Assembly: GCA_001784115.1 (NCBI GenBank)
Contig: MFPD01000020.1
Coordinates: 1 to 59,888 of the forward strand
Reading direction: 5' to 3'
Origin: Candidatus Levybacteria bacterium RIFCSPLOWO2_02_FULL_37_18
Lineage (GTDB): Bacteria; Patescibacteriota; Microgenomatia; Levybacterales; UBA12049
Length of the DNA: 59,888 nt
Shown in pieces: positions 28,202 through 38,570 of the stretch. A model generated the notes under the pieces. The model did not search any database, was not told the DNA's origin, and was given only the letters and a program-made list of their open reading frames with translations. The translations under genes and the position numbers were made by a program. Position 1 is the stretch's first letter; each line of letters begins with the position of its first letter.

Positions 28202-30425
28202 AAATAAGATTTCAATTTTGATTATAGTCTTAATCTGGGTTATTTTTTCATTTCCTTACGTAATAAACAGAAAAGTTCCTTTTCCTTCAACATATCAGGT
28301 AAATAACTTTGCCCCATGGAGTCATTATGAAAAGTTTTGGGGGCCTGTAAAAAATGGAGCAATGCCAGATATTATAACTCAAATATATCCATGGAAGCAC
28401 CTTACAATAGAAACATATAAATCAAATCAAATTCCTTTTTGGAATCCGTATAATTTTTCAGGTAATCCTCATCTGGCAAATTTCCAAACTGCAGTATTTA
28501 CACCATTAAACATTTTATTTTTTATATTTCCGTTTATCTATGCATGGTCTATTATTGTTCTTATTCAACCTTTGATAGCTGGATTGTGCATGTATATATT
28601 CTTACGTTCACTTGAAGTGAGCAAAGAAGGTTCTCTTATCGGTTCAATAACCTTTATGTTCTGCGGATTTATGGTGGTGTGGATGGCATACGCAACTCTA
28701 TCAATGGCTATTGCTTTTTTTCCCTTGACTCTTTTTGCAATAGAAAAAATATATAAAAAACCAATGATTAGGTATCTTTTACTTTTGAGTTTATCGATCG
28801 TCCTATCTTTATTTTCAGGACATTTCCAGACAAGTATTTATTTACTGCTATTTTCATTTGTTTTTTTCGTTTTTAAATTTTTTACAACTAAAAAAAATAA
28901 AGAAGGGATTTTTGTAATAACAGGTTTTCTACTGGGAATTATGTTATCAATGCCTCAGCTTATTCCCGCTATTAATCTTTATCTGAATTCAGTAAGAAGT
29001 GTAATTTTTAATCAAAGTGGCGGTATACCTTTTTATTATCTTGTTACCATTTTCTCACCTGATTTTTTTGGAAATCCAGTTACGCGAAACGATTGGTTTG
29101 GATATTATGCTGAATGGTCAAGTTTTGTAGGAATAATACCGTTGACGCTTGCGATTTTTTCGTTGTACAGGCTAAGAAATAAAACAATACTTTTTTTTAC
29201 AATAAGTACCGTAATTATTTTATTGCTGGCAATAGATTCGCCGCTACAGAAGTTTGTTGGTAATCTTGAAATACCTGTGCTTTCTACCAGTAACCCGTCC
29301 CGGATTATTGTACTTTTTAGTTTTTCTATTGCTGTATTGGCATCATTTGGATTGGATATTTTTAAAGAAATTGTATTGGTAAAATCAAAAAAGAAATATT
29401 TCCCACATATAGTAGTCGGTTTTATGCTTTTAATTATTTGGATATTGACTTTTGGTTTGTATGTTTTACCAGAGGATAAAAGTTTTATTGCAAAGCGAAA
29501 CCTTATTTTTCCTACGTTGTTATTGACTATTTTTGTACTAACTACTTGGTTAAGTAAATTCTACCGAAACAAAAAAAATAGATTTTTAATTATTTCAGTA
29601 GTTGCTTTTGGTATGATTTCCTTTGACAGTTTACGATTTGTGCAGAAGTGGATGCCTTATGATCCAAAAGAATTAGTATTTCCACAAACTTCTATCGTAA
29701 AGGCAATAAAGAAAGAAATTGGCTACAACAGAATATACGGAAATTTAGGAACAGAAGTAAATACCTACTATAAGATTCCATCTATTGAAGGATATGATCC
29801 GTTATACATTAATAGATATGGAGAATTTATAGAATCTGCTGAAACCGGAAAATACAAATCAGCAATGAGGTCTGTAGTTAGGCTTGAACGAGGGACAAAG
29901 TATACGAATAGGGTATTAGATTTGCTTGGGGTTTCTATAATTTTCCATCCTATAGCCGATACAAATCAGGGATGGGCTTATCCTGTTTGGGAAGATAAAG
30001 AACGTAATTCTTTAATTTATAAAGACAACAAGTTCGAGCTTTTTAAGAATAAGAAAGCTCTTAATAGAGTTCAATTGTTTTACAACTACCTTGTTTTAAA
30101 GGATAACAAAAAACTTCTTGAACAGTTTTATAATGATGATTTTGATTTTAGAAAAGTTCTACTCTTGGAAGAATATCCTAAAGGCAGCATTTCTGGTGAG
30201 GGAACAGGAAGTGCAAAGATAATTTCTTACACACCAAATAAAATAGTAGTAGAATCAGAATCTACATCTTCTGCATTGCTTTTTCTTTCCGATAATTTTT
30301 ATCCGGGATGGAAGGCAAAAGTAAATGGTAAAGAGGCAAAAATATATCGAGCTGATTATAGTTTTAGGAGTGTAATTGTCCCGTCTGGAAAATCCATAGT
30401 TGAGTTTACATATTCCCTCTACTAA
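28194..30425 (+). CDS. YfhO-like GT-C membrane protein (copy 2)
   Basis: YPWK, PFWNPYNFSGNPHLAN, GHFQ, PDFFGNP, EGYDPL, SDNFYPGW. Start at ATG 28194. Confidence 0.8.
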   Translation: MIKNKISILIIVLIWVIFSFPYVINRKVPFPSTYQVNNFAPWSHYEKFWGPVKNGAMPDIITQIYPWKHLTIETYKSNQIPFWNPYNFSGNPHLANFQTAVFTPLNILFFIFPFIYAWSIIVLIQPLIAGLCMYIFLRSLEVSKEGSLIGSITFMFCGFMVVWMAYATLSMAIAFFPLTLFAIEKIYKKPMIRYLLLLSLSIVLSLFSGHFQTSIYLLLFSFVFFVFKFFTTKKNKEGIFVITGFLLGIMLSMPQLIPAINLYLNSVRSVIFNQSGGIPFYYLVTIFSPDFFGNPVTRNDWFGYYAEWSSFVGIIPLTLAIFSLYRLRNKTILFFTISTVIILLLAIDSPLQKFVGNLEIPVLSTSNPSRIIVLFSFSIAVLASFGLDIFKEIVLVKSKKKYFPHIVVGFMLLIIWILTFGLYVLPEDKSFIAKRNLIFPTLLLTIFVLTTWLSKFYRNKKNRFLIISVVAFGMISFDSLRFVQKWMPYDPKELVFPQTSIVKAIKKEIGYNRIYGNLGTEVNTYYKIPSIEGYDPLYINRYGEFIESAETGKYKSAMRSVVRLERGTKYTNRVLDLLGVSIIFHPIADTNQGWAYPVWEDKERNSLIYKDNKFELFKNKKALNRVQLFYNYLVLKDNKKLLEQFYNDDFDFRKVLLLEEYPKGSISGEGTGSAKIISYTPNKIVVESESTSSALLFLSDNFYPGWKAKVNGKEAKIYRADYSFRSVIVPSGKSIVEFTYSLY

Positions 30426-30458
30426 CGCTTAAGTTTTCTTTCCAATAAAAGCAAAAAT

Positions 30459-30467
30459 TGATACAAT
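30459..30467 (+). promoter_or_regulatory. Internal extended -10 promoter (probably leaderless)
   Basis: TG-A-TACAAT with ATG 6 nt downstream at 30474, in one of the few intergenic gaps of the array. Confidence 0.55.
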
Positions 30468-30473
30468 TGGTTA

Positions 30474-31547
30474 ATGAACATAGGAATATACGATCCTTAT
30501 TTGGATACTATGGGTGGTGGAGAAAAGTACATGCTTACTGCTGCTAGTTGTCTATCAAAGAATAATAATGTATCAATCTTTTGGGAACAAAAAAGTGTAC
30601 AAGAAATCAAAAAGATCGCAAACAGCAGATTTGGTTTTGATCTCTCATCAATTCGATTTACTAAGAATATTTTTTCAAAAAATATCTCGTTTTTAGAGCG
30701 TCATACTCAATTAAGAAAATATGACGCTATTTTTTATCTAAGTGATGGTAGTATTCCATTACTTTTGTCAAGAAAATTAGTACTGCATTTTCAGTTCCCG
30801 GTAAATTGGGTTTGTGCAAGCTTGTTAACAAGAACTAAATTTGCAAGTATCAAGAATGTGGTTTGTAATTCTTATTACACAAAAAAATATATAGATAAAA
30901 CTTTTTCAACAAAAAGTATAGTTGTTTATCCTCCTGCTAATGATTATGAGTTTAAAAAAATTCCTAAAAAAAATATTATTTTAACCGTTGGACGTTTTAA
31001 TCCCATGCCTGGAGGCGGAAATTTTAAGAAGCTGGATGTAATGATTACTATATTTAAAGAAATGATTGATACGGGAGCAAAAAATTGGGAATTATATGTT
31101 GTAGCAAGTTTTAAAAAACAAGAAGAAGGAGAAATCGCAAAGTTAGAAGAAACAGTAGAAAACTATCCTATTTTTATTATGAAAAATATTCCATATGAAA
31201 AGTTGAACGATTTTTACCTCAGATCAAAAATATATTGGCATGGGGCAGGATATGGTGAAGATTTAGAAAATCATCCTGAGAGAGCAGAGCATTTTGGTAT
31301 TGCAACAGTAGAAGCAATGAAGAATGGCGCAGTACCTGTTGTGATTAGTGCAGGAGGACAACCGGAGATTGTAAAGGAGGGCGTAAACGGATTTTTGTGG
31401 AACACAAAAGAAGAACTAATACGAAAAACAATCCACCTTATCGAAAACCCCAAGATTCTTGAAAAAATTTCACAAAATTCACGATTGATAAGTAATACAT
31501 TTAGTATGGAAAAATTTTGCAGCGAGATAAATAGTGTTTTTAAATGA
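30474..31547 (+). CDS. GT4 (GT-B) glycosyltransferase
   Basis: GGGEKY, NSYYT, VVYPP, ILTVGRF, EHFGIATVEAM, GGQPEIV. Confidence 0.9.
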   Translation: MNIGIYDPYLDTMGGGEKYMLTAASCLSKNNNVSIFWEQKSVQEIKKIANSRFGFDLSSIRFTKNIFSKNISFLERHTQLRKYDAIFYLSDGSIPLLLSRKLVLHFQFPVNWVCASLLTRTKFASIKNVVCNSYYTKKYIDKTFSTKSIVVYPPANDYEFKKIPKKNIILTVGRFNPMPGGGNFKKLDVMITIFKEMIDTGAKNWELYVVASFKKQEEGEIAKLEETVENYPIFIMKNIPYEKLNDFYLRSKIYWHGAGYGEDLENHPERAEHFGIATVEAMKNGAVPVVISAGGQPEIVKEGVNGFLWNTKEELIRKTIHLIENPKILEKISQNSRLISNTFSMEKFCSEINSVFK

Positions 31548-33838
31548 AGAATTTATTTATTGTTTTAAGTTTAATATTACTTGTCGGATTATTCTTCAGG
31601 CCTGTTTTGGTTGGCAAATTGCCAATTCCGGCTGATACAATAATTGGGTTTTATCATCCATTTCGCGATTTATATTCTAAAAATTACCCCCGCGGAATTC
31701 CTTATAAAAATTCACTTATTACAGATCCGGTAAGACAACAATATCCTTGGAAGTTTTTAGTTATTTCTTTGGAAAAGAATTTCAAACTTCCCCTGTGGAA
31801 TCCTTATAGTTTTAGCGGTACGCCTTTATTAGGAAATTATCAATCCTCCTCTTTTTATCCCCTAAATGTTATTTTTTTGTTCTTGCCTTTTGACAAAGCT
31901 TGGACAATTTTGATTGTTTTACAGACTATTTTAGCTGGTTTGTTTCTGTATCTCTATCTCGATTACTTCAGGATTCACAAAGTTGCTAGTTTTTTTGGTG
32001 CTTTTACCTGGGCGTTTTGTGGATTTTCAATTGCCTGGCTTACGTGGAATACAATTCTTCAGACCGCATTATGGTTGCCATTGTTATTGTTGGCAAAAGA
32101 ACATCTTTTAAAAAAATGTTCCAAAAAGTGGGTATTAATTTTTTTATTGGCTGAATGTAGTGCAATTTTTGCCGGGCATTTACAGGTTTATTTTTACTTT
32201 TTTTTAATAAGCAATGTGTATTTGGCAATTCGAATAGTTCAAACTTTATACAAGAATAATATCAAAAAAAATATTTGGAAAATGGTAATTAAAAAATATA
32301 TTCCTTTTTTGGTTTTAGGAGGAGTTGTTTTTTTTATTACATTTATTCAATGGTATCCTGCTTTGCAATTCATTTTGCTCTCAGCAAGATCAATAGATCA
32401 AACAAATTGGCAAAACGATGGATGGTTTATTCCCTGGCAGCACCTTATACAGTTTGTTGCACCTGATTTTTTTGGCAACCCTGCTACGCTGAATTATTGG
32501 GGGGTGTGGAATTATGGAGAACTCGTTGGATACATAGGAATAATTCCTTTTTTGATGAGCATATACGCAATATTATTCAGAAGGGATAAGAAAACATTTT
32601 TCTTTGGAACATTATTTTTTCTTTCATTGATTTTTTCTCTGCCTACATTTATTGCTAAAATTCCATATCTATTACATCTGCCATTTATTTCCTCAGCCCA
32701 ACCTACACGTTTTTTGTTTGTTACGGATTTTTCACTTGCAGTTTTGGCTGGACTCGGGTTTGATTATTTCATAAGATATAAAAAAAATATAGTGTATCCA
32801 CCGATGTTTTTAGGCTTGGTTTTAGGAGGATTATGGTTTTTTGTTTCTTATCTTGGAAAAAACTTTATTCTTCCCCAAAATCTTTCAGTTGCAAAACATA
32901 ATCTTATTTTGCCCACTATAGTTTTTTTGGTAATTTCAGTAATTGTGTTTTATGGTTTCTTACATAAGAATAAAATGATTCAAATCATTTTATTAACGAT
33001 TCTATTATTAATTACAATTTTTGATTTACTTCGCTTTTCGGAAAAATTTACTCCATTTTCCAAGAAAGAGTATCTCTTTCCAAGTACTAGGGCTATTGAG
33101 TTCTTGCAAAAAAATATTGGGAATTATAGGATTATGTCAACCGATTCAAGAATTCTTCCGCCTAACTTTTCAATTATGTATAAGCTGCAAAGTATAGAAG
33201 GATATGATCCGTTATATCTAAAAAGATATGGAGAATTAATAGCAGCATTAGAGCGGGGCAAACCAGATATTAGCCCTCCTTTTGGTTTTAATCGTATTAT
33301 TACTCCTCATAATTTCGAATCAAGAATTATTGATCTGCTTGGAGTTCGATACATACTTTCTCTTTCTGATCTTTCATCATCAAAACTTAAGGAAGTGTTT
33401 CAAGAAGGTCAGACACGCGTATATGAAAATAGAAATGCCCTTCCTCGCGTATTCTTTGTCGAAAAAATACACGAATTCACTTATAGCAAAGATAAAGAAA
33501 AAGCACTTCATCAATTGTTTGATCAAAATTTTAATCCTAGAGTAGCAGCGGTAATAGAATATGAGAACCCAGACCATGTTGTTATTAAACGAGGAACTCG
33601 ATCGGAGAAATGGTCAGTTGGAAAAGTAGATATTATTAGTTACTCTGAGAATAAAATAGTTCTTGCTGTAGAAAATACAGGAGATGGATTTTTGGTTCTT
33701 ACCGATACTTTTTATCCAATCTGGAAAGCAAAAATTGACGATTCTCAAATAAAAATATATAGAACTGACTATAATTTCAGGGGAATTTTTGTTCCAAAAG
33801 GAAAACACACGATTGAATTTTATACAACATTACTTTAA
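31544..33838 (+). CDS. YfhO-like GT-C membrane protein (copy 3)
   Basis: DPVRQQYPWK, PLWNPYSFSGTPL, AGHLQ, PDFFGNPAT, EGYDPL, DTFYPIW, FRGIFVPKGKH. Confidence 0.8.
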   Translation: MKNLFIVLSLILLVGLFFRPVLVGKLPIPADTIIGFYHPFRDLYSKNYPRGIPYKNSLITDPVRQQYPWKFLVISLEKNFKLPLWNPYSFSGTPLLGNYQSSSFYPLNVIFLFLPFDKAWTILIVLQTILAGLFLYLYLDYFRIHKVASFFGAFTWAFCGFSIAWLTWNTILQTALWLPLLLLAKEHLLKKCSKKWVLIFLLAECSAIFAGHLQVYFYFFLISNVYLAIRIVQTLYKNNIKKNIWKMVIKKYIPFLVLGGVVFFITFIQWYPALQFILLSARSIDQTNWQNDGWFIPWQHLIQFVAPDFFGNPATLNYWGVWNYGELVGYIGIIPFLMSIYAILFRRDKKTFFFGTLFFLSLIFSLPTFIAKIPYLLHLPFISSAQPTRFLFVTDFSLAVLAGLGFDYFIRYKKNIVYPPMFLGLVLGGLWFFVSYLGKNFILPQNLSVAKHNLILPTIVFLVISVIVFYGFLHKNKMIQIILLTILLLITIFDLLRFSEKFTPFSKKEYLFPSTRAIEFLQKNIGNYRIMSTDSRILPPNFSIMYKLQSIEGYDPLYLKRYGELIAALERGKPDISPPFGFNRIITPHNFESRIIDLLGVRYILSLSDLSSSKLKEVFQEGQTRVYENRNALPRVFFVEKIHEFTYSKDKEKALHQLFDQNFNPRVAAVIEYENPDHVVIKRGTRSEKWSVGKVDIISYSENKIVLAVENTGDGFLVLTDTFYPIWKAKIDDSQIKIYRTDYNFRGIFVPKGKHTIEFYTTLL

Positions 33839-33864
33839 TGATGTACATCATTAAAGTATAAGAT

Positions 33865-34806
33865 ATGAAAATAAGTATTATAATTCCAAATTATAATGGA
33901 GAAGAATTATTAAAAGAAAACTTTCCTAAGGTAATTACTAGTATTTCTCATGGTTCGTTTCAGGTTGAAGAAGTAATAATTGTTGATGATTATTCAAACG
34001 ACAATAGTAAAGAAGTAATAAAAACATTTATTGATCAATACAAAGATAGAATTAGAATATTTTTTATAGAAAATGAAAAAAATCTTGGGTTCTCATCCTC
34101 AGTAAACAAGGGTGTTGATAATGCCACAGGTGATTTTGTCGTGTTATTAAACACCGATGTTGTTCCTGAAAATGAATTTTTGTCCAAAGCATTAAGACAT
34201 TTTGGGCAAAAAGATGTTTTTGCAGTAGGGTGTTTGGATAAAAGTGTAGAAAGTGGAAAAGTCGTGTTTCGTGGAAGAGGTATAGGAAAATGGGAAAGAG
34301 GATTCTTGGTACATAGTCGAGGTGAAATAAATAAAACAAATACCCTTTGGGTCAGTGGAGGAAGCGGAATATTTAGAAGATCAATCTGGGAAAAATTAGG
34401 TGGATTTTCTGAGGTGTATAATCCTTTTTATTGGGAAGATATAGATTTATCATATAAGGCTCTCAAATCAGGATATAGAATAATTTTCGAACCTCAAAGT
34501 GTTGTGGTTCATAAACATGAAAAGGGGGCTATAAAAATAAAATATTCCACATTTTGGGTTCGTGTCATATCATATAGAAATCAAATATTATTTGTTTGGT
34601 TAAATATTACTGATTTAAACCTTATTATTTCCCATGTAGTATGGATGCCATACTATTTTTTACGATCTTTGGTAAAAGGTGATATCACGTTTTATGTTGG
34701 GTTTTGTTATGTTCTAATAAAATTGTCACACGTAGTCTTTATAAGGAATAGAAACAAAAAAACGTTTCTTAAAAATGATCAAGATGTAATTGATATGGTT
34801 AAATAG
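33865..34806 (+). CDS. GT2 glycosyltransferase
   Basis: ISIIIPNYNG, VDDYSND, NLGFSSSVNKG, LLNTD, YWEDIDLSY. Confidence 0.88.
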   Translation: MKISIIIPNYNGEELLKENFPKVITSISHGSFQVEEVIIVDDYSNDNSKEVIKTFIDQYKDRIRIFFIENEKNLGFSSSVNKGVDNATGDFVVLLNTDVVPENEFLSKALRHFGQKDVFAVGCLDKSVESGKVVFRGRGIGKWERGFLVHSRGEINKTNTLWVSGGSGIFRRSIWEKLGGFSEVYNPFYWEDIDLSYKALKSGYRIIFEPQSVVVHKHEKGAIKIKYSTFWVRVISYRNQILFVWLNITDLNLIISHVVWMPYYFLRSLVKGDITFYVGFCYVLIKLSHVVFIRNRNKKTFLKNDQDVIDMVK

Positions 34807-34807
34807 T

Positions 34808-36217
34808 ATGAATATACAAAAAGTTATCGATAATCAAATAATTAATGCTATGGCATATATTGTATGCGTATTGTTTATCACAGCAGGTAGTTTTGTTTCG
34901 TTGAATCGATTTTGGCAGTATGAAGTATTTTACTATGATTTTGGGATATTTGATCAGGCTATTTGGAGCGTTGCTCATTTTAAAGCACCAATAATTGACC
35001 ATTTGGCAGTTGGAAGAAATTGGATTTTTGCAGACCATTTTAATCCAAGTATTTTTATTTTTTCCCCGCTTTACTGGTTTACAGACAAAAGTGAAATACT
35101 TCTTATTGCTCAGAGCATTTTTGTCGGATTAAGTGGTATTGTTCTTTATTCAATAGGTAATAAAATTTTAAAAAATTTCTCTCTCTCTTTATCTGTATTA
35201 GTGTGTTACTTGTTTTTTATAGGATTGCAGAATGCAATAATAAGTGATTTTCACGAGGTAACCGTATCGGTATTACCTCTTATGCTTACTTTTTGGGCAG
35301 TTCTTGCTAATAAAAAAATCTTGTATTTTTTGTTTCTTATTATCACATTAGGATTTAAAGAGAGTATTTTTGTTGTTGGGATAGGAATTGGATTATACAT
35401 TTTTTTAACAAAAAAAGAATGGAAAAGAATTAGCGTAATTACCATTGTCATTTCTTTATTGTGGGGAATTATTTCAATTAAATTTATAATTCCTTATTTT
35501 TCTGGAGGGATATATCAATATTTATCACTTTCGCATTCAGAATTTGGAAACCCTTTTATTATATTGTTTGACAGCACAATAAAACGAAGAACGCTTTTCT
35601 ATAGTTTTTTAAGTTTTGGTTTTCTGCCTCTTTTATCACCTCAGCTTTGGTTTTTACTTTTTCAAGATTTCTACACACGTTTTGTGCCATATGCACAAAC
35701 AAGATGGTATTTAGGTCTTCATTACAATGCTCAGTCTGCAGTATTTTTTGGTATCGGATCTTTTTATGGAATCCTGTTTCTAAATAAGATACAATATGTC
35801 AGACAATTTTTACCCTTACTTGGAATTATTTTAATAATTAATGCAGTTTTTCTTTATCGTTTTATCCTGCATGGCCCATTTGGACTTTTTTATAACCCAG
35901 CCTTTTATAAGCATACGCGTGATTTTACTTTTCTCGATGAACTTATAAAAAAGGTTCCAAAAAATTCAAGCGTTATGACTCAAAACAATCTAGCAGTAAG
36001 ATTTACCCATCAAAACATAGCGATGTTACAATATAACTATTCCTCATTTAATCCAGATTATGTTCTAATCGATTTAAGAAAAGGACAAAATCCGAATAAT
36101 TTTTTTACAATACATAATATAAAAGGAATATTTGAAAGGTTAAGAGCGGATAAAAATTATCATCTCATTTATAGCACCAACGAACAGTATGTTTACAAAC
36201 ATATAAATATAATTTAA
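34808..36217 (+). CDS. DUF2079-like GT-C membrane protein
   Basis: YDFGIFDQAIW, FADHFNP, LLIAQ, DFHEV, FKES, HY. Start at ATG 34808. Confidence 0.78.
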   Translation: MNIQKVIDNQIINAMAYIVCVLFITAGSFVSLNRFWQYEVFYYDFGIFDQAIWSVAHFKAPIIDHLAVGRNWIFADHFNPSIFIFSPLYWFTDKSEILLIAQSIFVGLSGIVLYSIGNKILKNFSLSLSVLVCYLFFIGLQNAIISDFHEVTVSVLPLMLTFWAVLANKKILYFLFLIITLGFKESIFVVGIGIGLYIFLTKKEWKRISVITIVISLLWGIISIKFIIPYFSGGIYQYLSLSHSEFGNPFIILFDSTIKRRTLFYSFLSFGFLPLLSPQLWFLLFQDFYTRFVPYAQTRWYLGLHYNAQSAVFFGIGSFYGILFLNKIQYVRQFLPLLGIILIINAVFLYRFILHGPFGLFYNPAFYKHTRDFTFLDELIKKVPKNSSVMTQNNLAVRFTHQNIAMLQYNYSSFNPDYVLIDLRKGQNPNNFFTIHNIKGIFERLRADKNYHLIYSTNEQYVYKHINII

Positions 36218-36232
36218 AGAAGAAATCTTTAA

Positions 36233-36943
36233 ATGAAATTATCTATTATTATTCCCCTTTTTAACGAGCAAAAAACCATACTCAAGCTTTTGGAAAAGGT
36301 AAGCTCTATTTCAATTCCCAAGGTTAATAAGGAAATAATTATTGTAGACGACGGGTCGTCGGATGGTTCTTATGAACTCTTGCAAAAATATGTGAAAAAA
36401 AAGCAAGGGATGTCTGTTTTAAGACATAAAGAAAATAAAGGAAAAGGGAGCGCTGTGGCAACCGGTATTCAAAAAGCCAGCGGAGATTATATTCTTATTC
36501 AAGACGCCGATCTGGAATATGATCCAGTGTATATACCTAAATTTATTAAAGCTTTAGGACAAAATAGGGTAGTATATGGTACAAGGCTCAATAGATTCCC
36601 AAATTTTCTTAAAGATGAAAAAAATCCCCTCTTTTTTCTTCATTATATAGGTAATAGACTTTTAAGCTTGTTGACGAGTCTTTTGTATGGACAATGGATT
36701 ACAGATATGGAAACTGGATACAAACTTTTTCCCAAAATTGCATTAGAAAATATTAAGCTGAATGCAAGAGGTTTTGATTTTGAACCTGAAATCACGGCAA
36801 AACTCATAAAAAAAAGATATCGCATTTTAGAGATTCCCATATCAACTACACCACGCGGATATGATGAAGGGAAAAAATTAAACACGGTTAGTGATGGGAT
36901 TATTGCGTTTTGGACACTGATCAAGTATAGATTTATCTCCTAA
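36233..36943 (+). CDS. GT2, DPM/DPG-synthase-like polyprenyl-phosphate glycosyltransferase
   Basis: VDDGSSDGS, NKGKGSAV, IQDADLEYDP, VYGTR, DMETGYKLF, FDFEPEITAK, EGKK. Confidence 0.87.
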   Translation: MKLSIIIPLFNEQKTILKLLEKVSSISIPKVNKEIIIVDDGSSDGSYELLQKYVKKKQGMSVLRHKENKGKGSAVATGIQKASGDYILIQDADLEYDPVYIPKFIKALGQNRVVYGTRLNRFPNFLKDEKNPLFFLHYIGNRLLSLLTSLLYGQWITDMETGYKLFPKIALENIKLNARGFDFEPEITAKLIKKRYRILEIPISTTPRGYDEGKKLNTVSDGIIAFWTLIKYRFIS

Positions 36944-36947
36944 GACC

Positions 36948-38570
36948 ATGAAAGAATCAATTTTTGAAGCAAGGAGTTTTTTTATCCTCAGTTTTATTTT
37001 ACTAATTTCATTAGCCCTTCGTTTGTATGCGATTAATACAATTCCGGCAAGCTTAAATCCCGACGAAGCAGCACTTGGGTATAATAGTTATTCAATACTA
37101 AAAACAGGTAGCGATGAGCATGGGGCATTTTTACCATTGTCTTTAAAGTCATTTGGTGACTGGAAACTACCCGGGTATTCATACATTACTACTATACCTA
37201 TTTTTTTATTTGGACTTTCGGAATCTTCAATAAGACTGCCAAGTGTCATTGCAGGCGTAGTGGGGGTATTGCTTATTTACTACATTGCTTATTTCATTTT
37301 CAAAAAAAGGTCAATTTCTCAACTCAGTGCCCTTTTTTTTGCACTTTCTCCATGGAATATATACTTTTCCCGCGCAGCCTATGAGGTTAATCTTGGATTA
37401 ACGTTTTTTTTACTAGGACTATTCTTTTTCTTACTTTATCTTAATAAGAAAAGTTCTTTTTCTATTATTAGTTCTGGTATTTGTTTTGGGTTAACTTTTT
37501 TTACGTATCATGCTTTCGCCATTTTTGTCCCCCTTTTTTTAGCAGGGCTTGTAATTAGATATTGGAAGAATATTGATAAAAAAACTTCAAGCGTTGTTGC
37601 TTGTTCTATTGTTTTATTTCTTTTAGTGACATTTATTGTTTCGACAATTCATGGAGGAGTTAATAAAATAGCAACTCTTAATATCTTCAATGATCAAAAT
37701 ATTATCTATGAAAGAGCAGAAAAATTACGCGGAGACAGAAGTAAAAAAAATGACTTTATAGAAAAGATTCTTTTTAATAAGTTTACCGGTGTTTCATATC
37801 AATTAGCTCAAAATTACCTGCTTTCTTTTTCTCCCTCTTTTTTATTTGACAAGGGAGGAGAAAAGCTAGTGCATAATTTGGGAAGCATTGGCAATCTTTA
37901 TTTAACTGATGTTGTGTTTCTTTTTATCGGTTTTATTACTATTTTTTGGAATAGAGAAAAGCAATTGCCACTTTTGCTTATTTGGCTGATTGCAGGTCCG
38001 ATTGCGTCAATTATTACCAGAGATACTCCAAATTCCACACGATTATATATGCTTATGCCTCTTTTTGTTCTTTTGAGTGCCTATGGCGCGCATGAGATAA
38101 TCACTTCAAAACTAAAAAAAGTTGGAGTTTTTTTAATGATTATTGTATGTGGATTATACATAATAAATGTTTTGTATTTCCTAGATATTTATTTTGTTCA
38201 CATGAATGTTCAACGTATTAGATTTTGGCATTACGGCTATAAGCAGTCAGTTGAACTTGCTAAGAAATATCCATCTTTTAATGTGGTAATGAAGGGTCCA
38301 GAAAATTTTCCCTATATCTATTTTCTATTTTACGAAAAGTATGATCCATTAAAATTTAGAAAAGAGGTAGAGTATTATCCACCCACTTCAGAAGGGTTTT
38401 ACTTTGTCAAAAAATTTGGCAGGTTTAGTTTTGTTGAAAAAATTAATTATGAAAGTTTAAAACCAGAAACTATATATATTGACTCAACACGCCTTGATGA
38501 TAAAAAACATTCTATTTTATTACCGAATGGAGATCTGGTGTTCGGTTTTCTAATAACTCAAAAAAAATGA
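36948..38570 (+). CDS. GT-C glycosyltransferase, PMT_2/ArnT-like (DEA-GYN family, copy 3)
   Basis: LNPDEAALGYNSYS, GSDEHG, SFGDWK, LSPWNIYFSRAAYE, WHYGYK. Confidence 0.8.
   Translation: MKESIFEARSFFILSFILLISLALRLYAINTIPASLNPDEAALGYNSYSILKTGSDEHGAFLPLSLKSFGDWKLPGYSYITTIPIFLFGLSESSIRLPSVIAGVVGVLLIYYIAYFIFKKRSISQLSALFFALSPWNIYFSRAAYEVNLGLTFFLLGLFFFLLYLNKKSSFSIISSGICFGLTFFTYHAFAIFVPLFLAGLVIRYWKNIDKKTSSVVACSIVLFLLVTFIVSTIHGGVNKIATLNIFNDQNIIYERAEKLRGDRSKKNDFIEKILFNKFTGVSYQLAQNYLLSFSPSFLFDKGGEKLVHNLGSIGNLYLTDVVFLFIGFITIFWNREKQLPLLLIWLIAGPIASIITRDTPNSTRLYMLMPLFVLLSAYGAHEIITSKLKKVGVFLMIIVCGLYIINVLYFLDIYFVHMNVQRIRFWHYGYKQSVELAKKYPSFNVVMKGPENFPYIYFLFYEKYDPLKFRKEVEYYPPTSEGFYFVKKFGRFSFVEKINYESLKPETIYIDSTRLDDKKHSILLPNGDLVFGFLITQKK

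Noticed and set aside
13535-33216. 20-bp exact matches between YfhO-like paralogs (13535-13554 with 28440-28459; 29787-29806 with 33197-33216)
   Set aside because: They are short and confined to invariant motifs (WNPYNFS, EGYDPL), so protein constraint plus codon bias can explain them.
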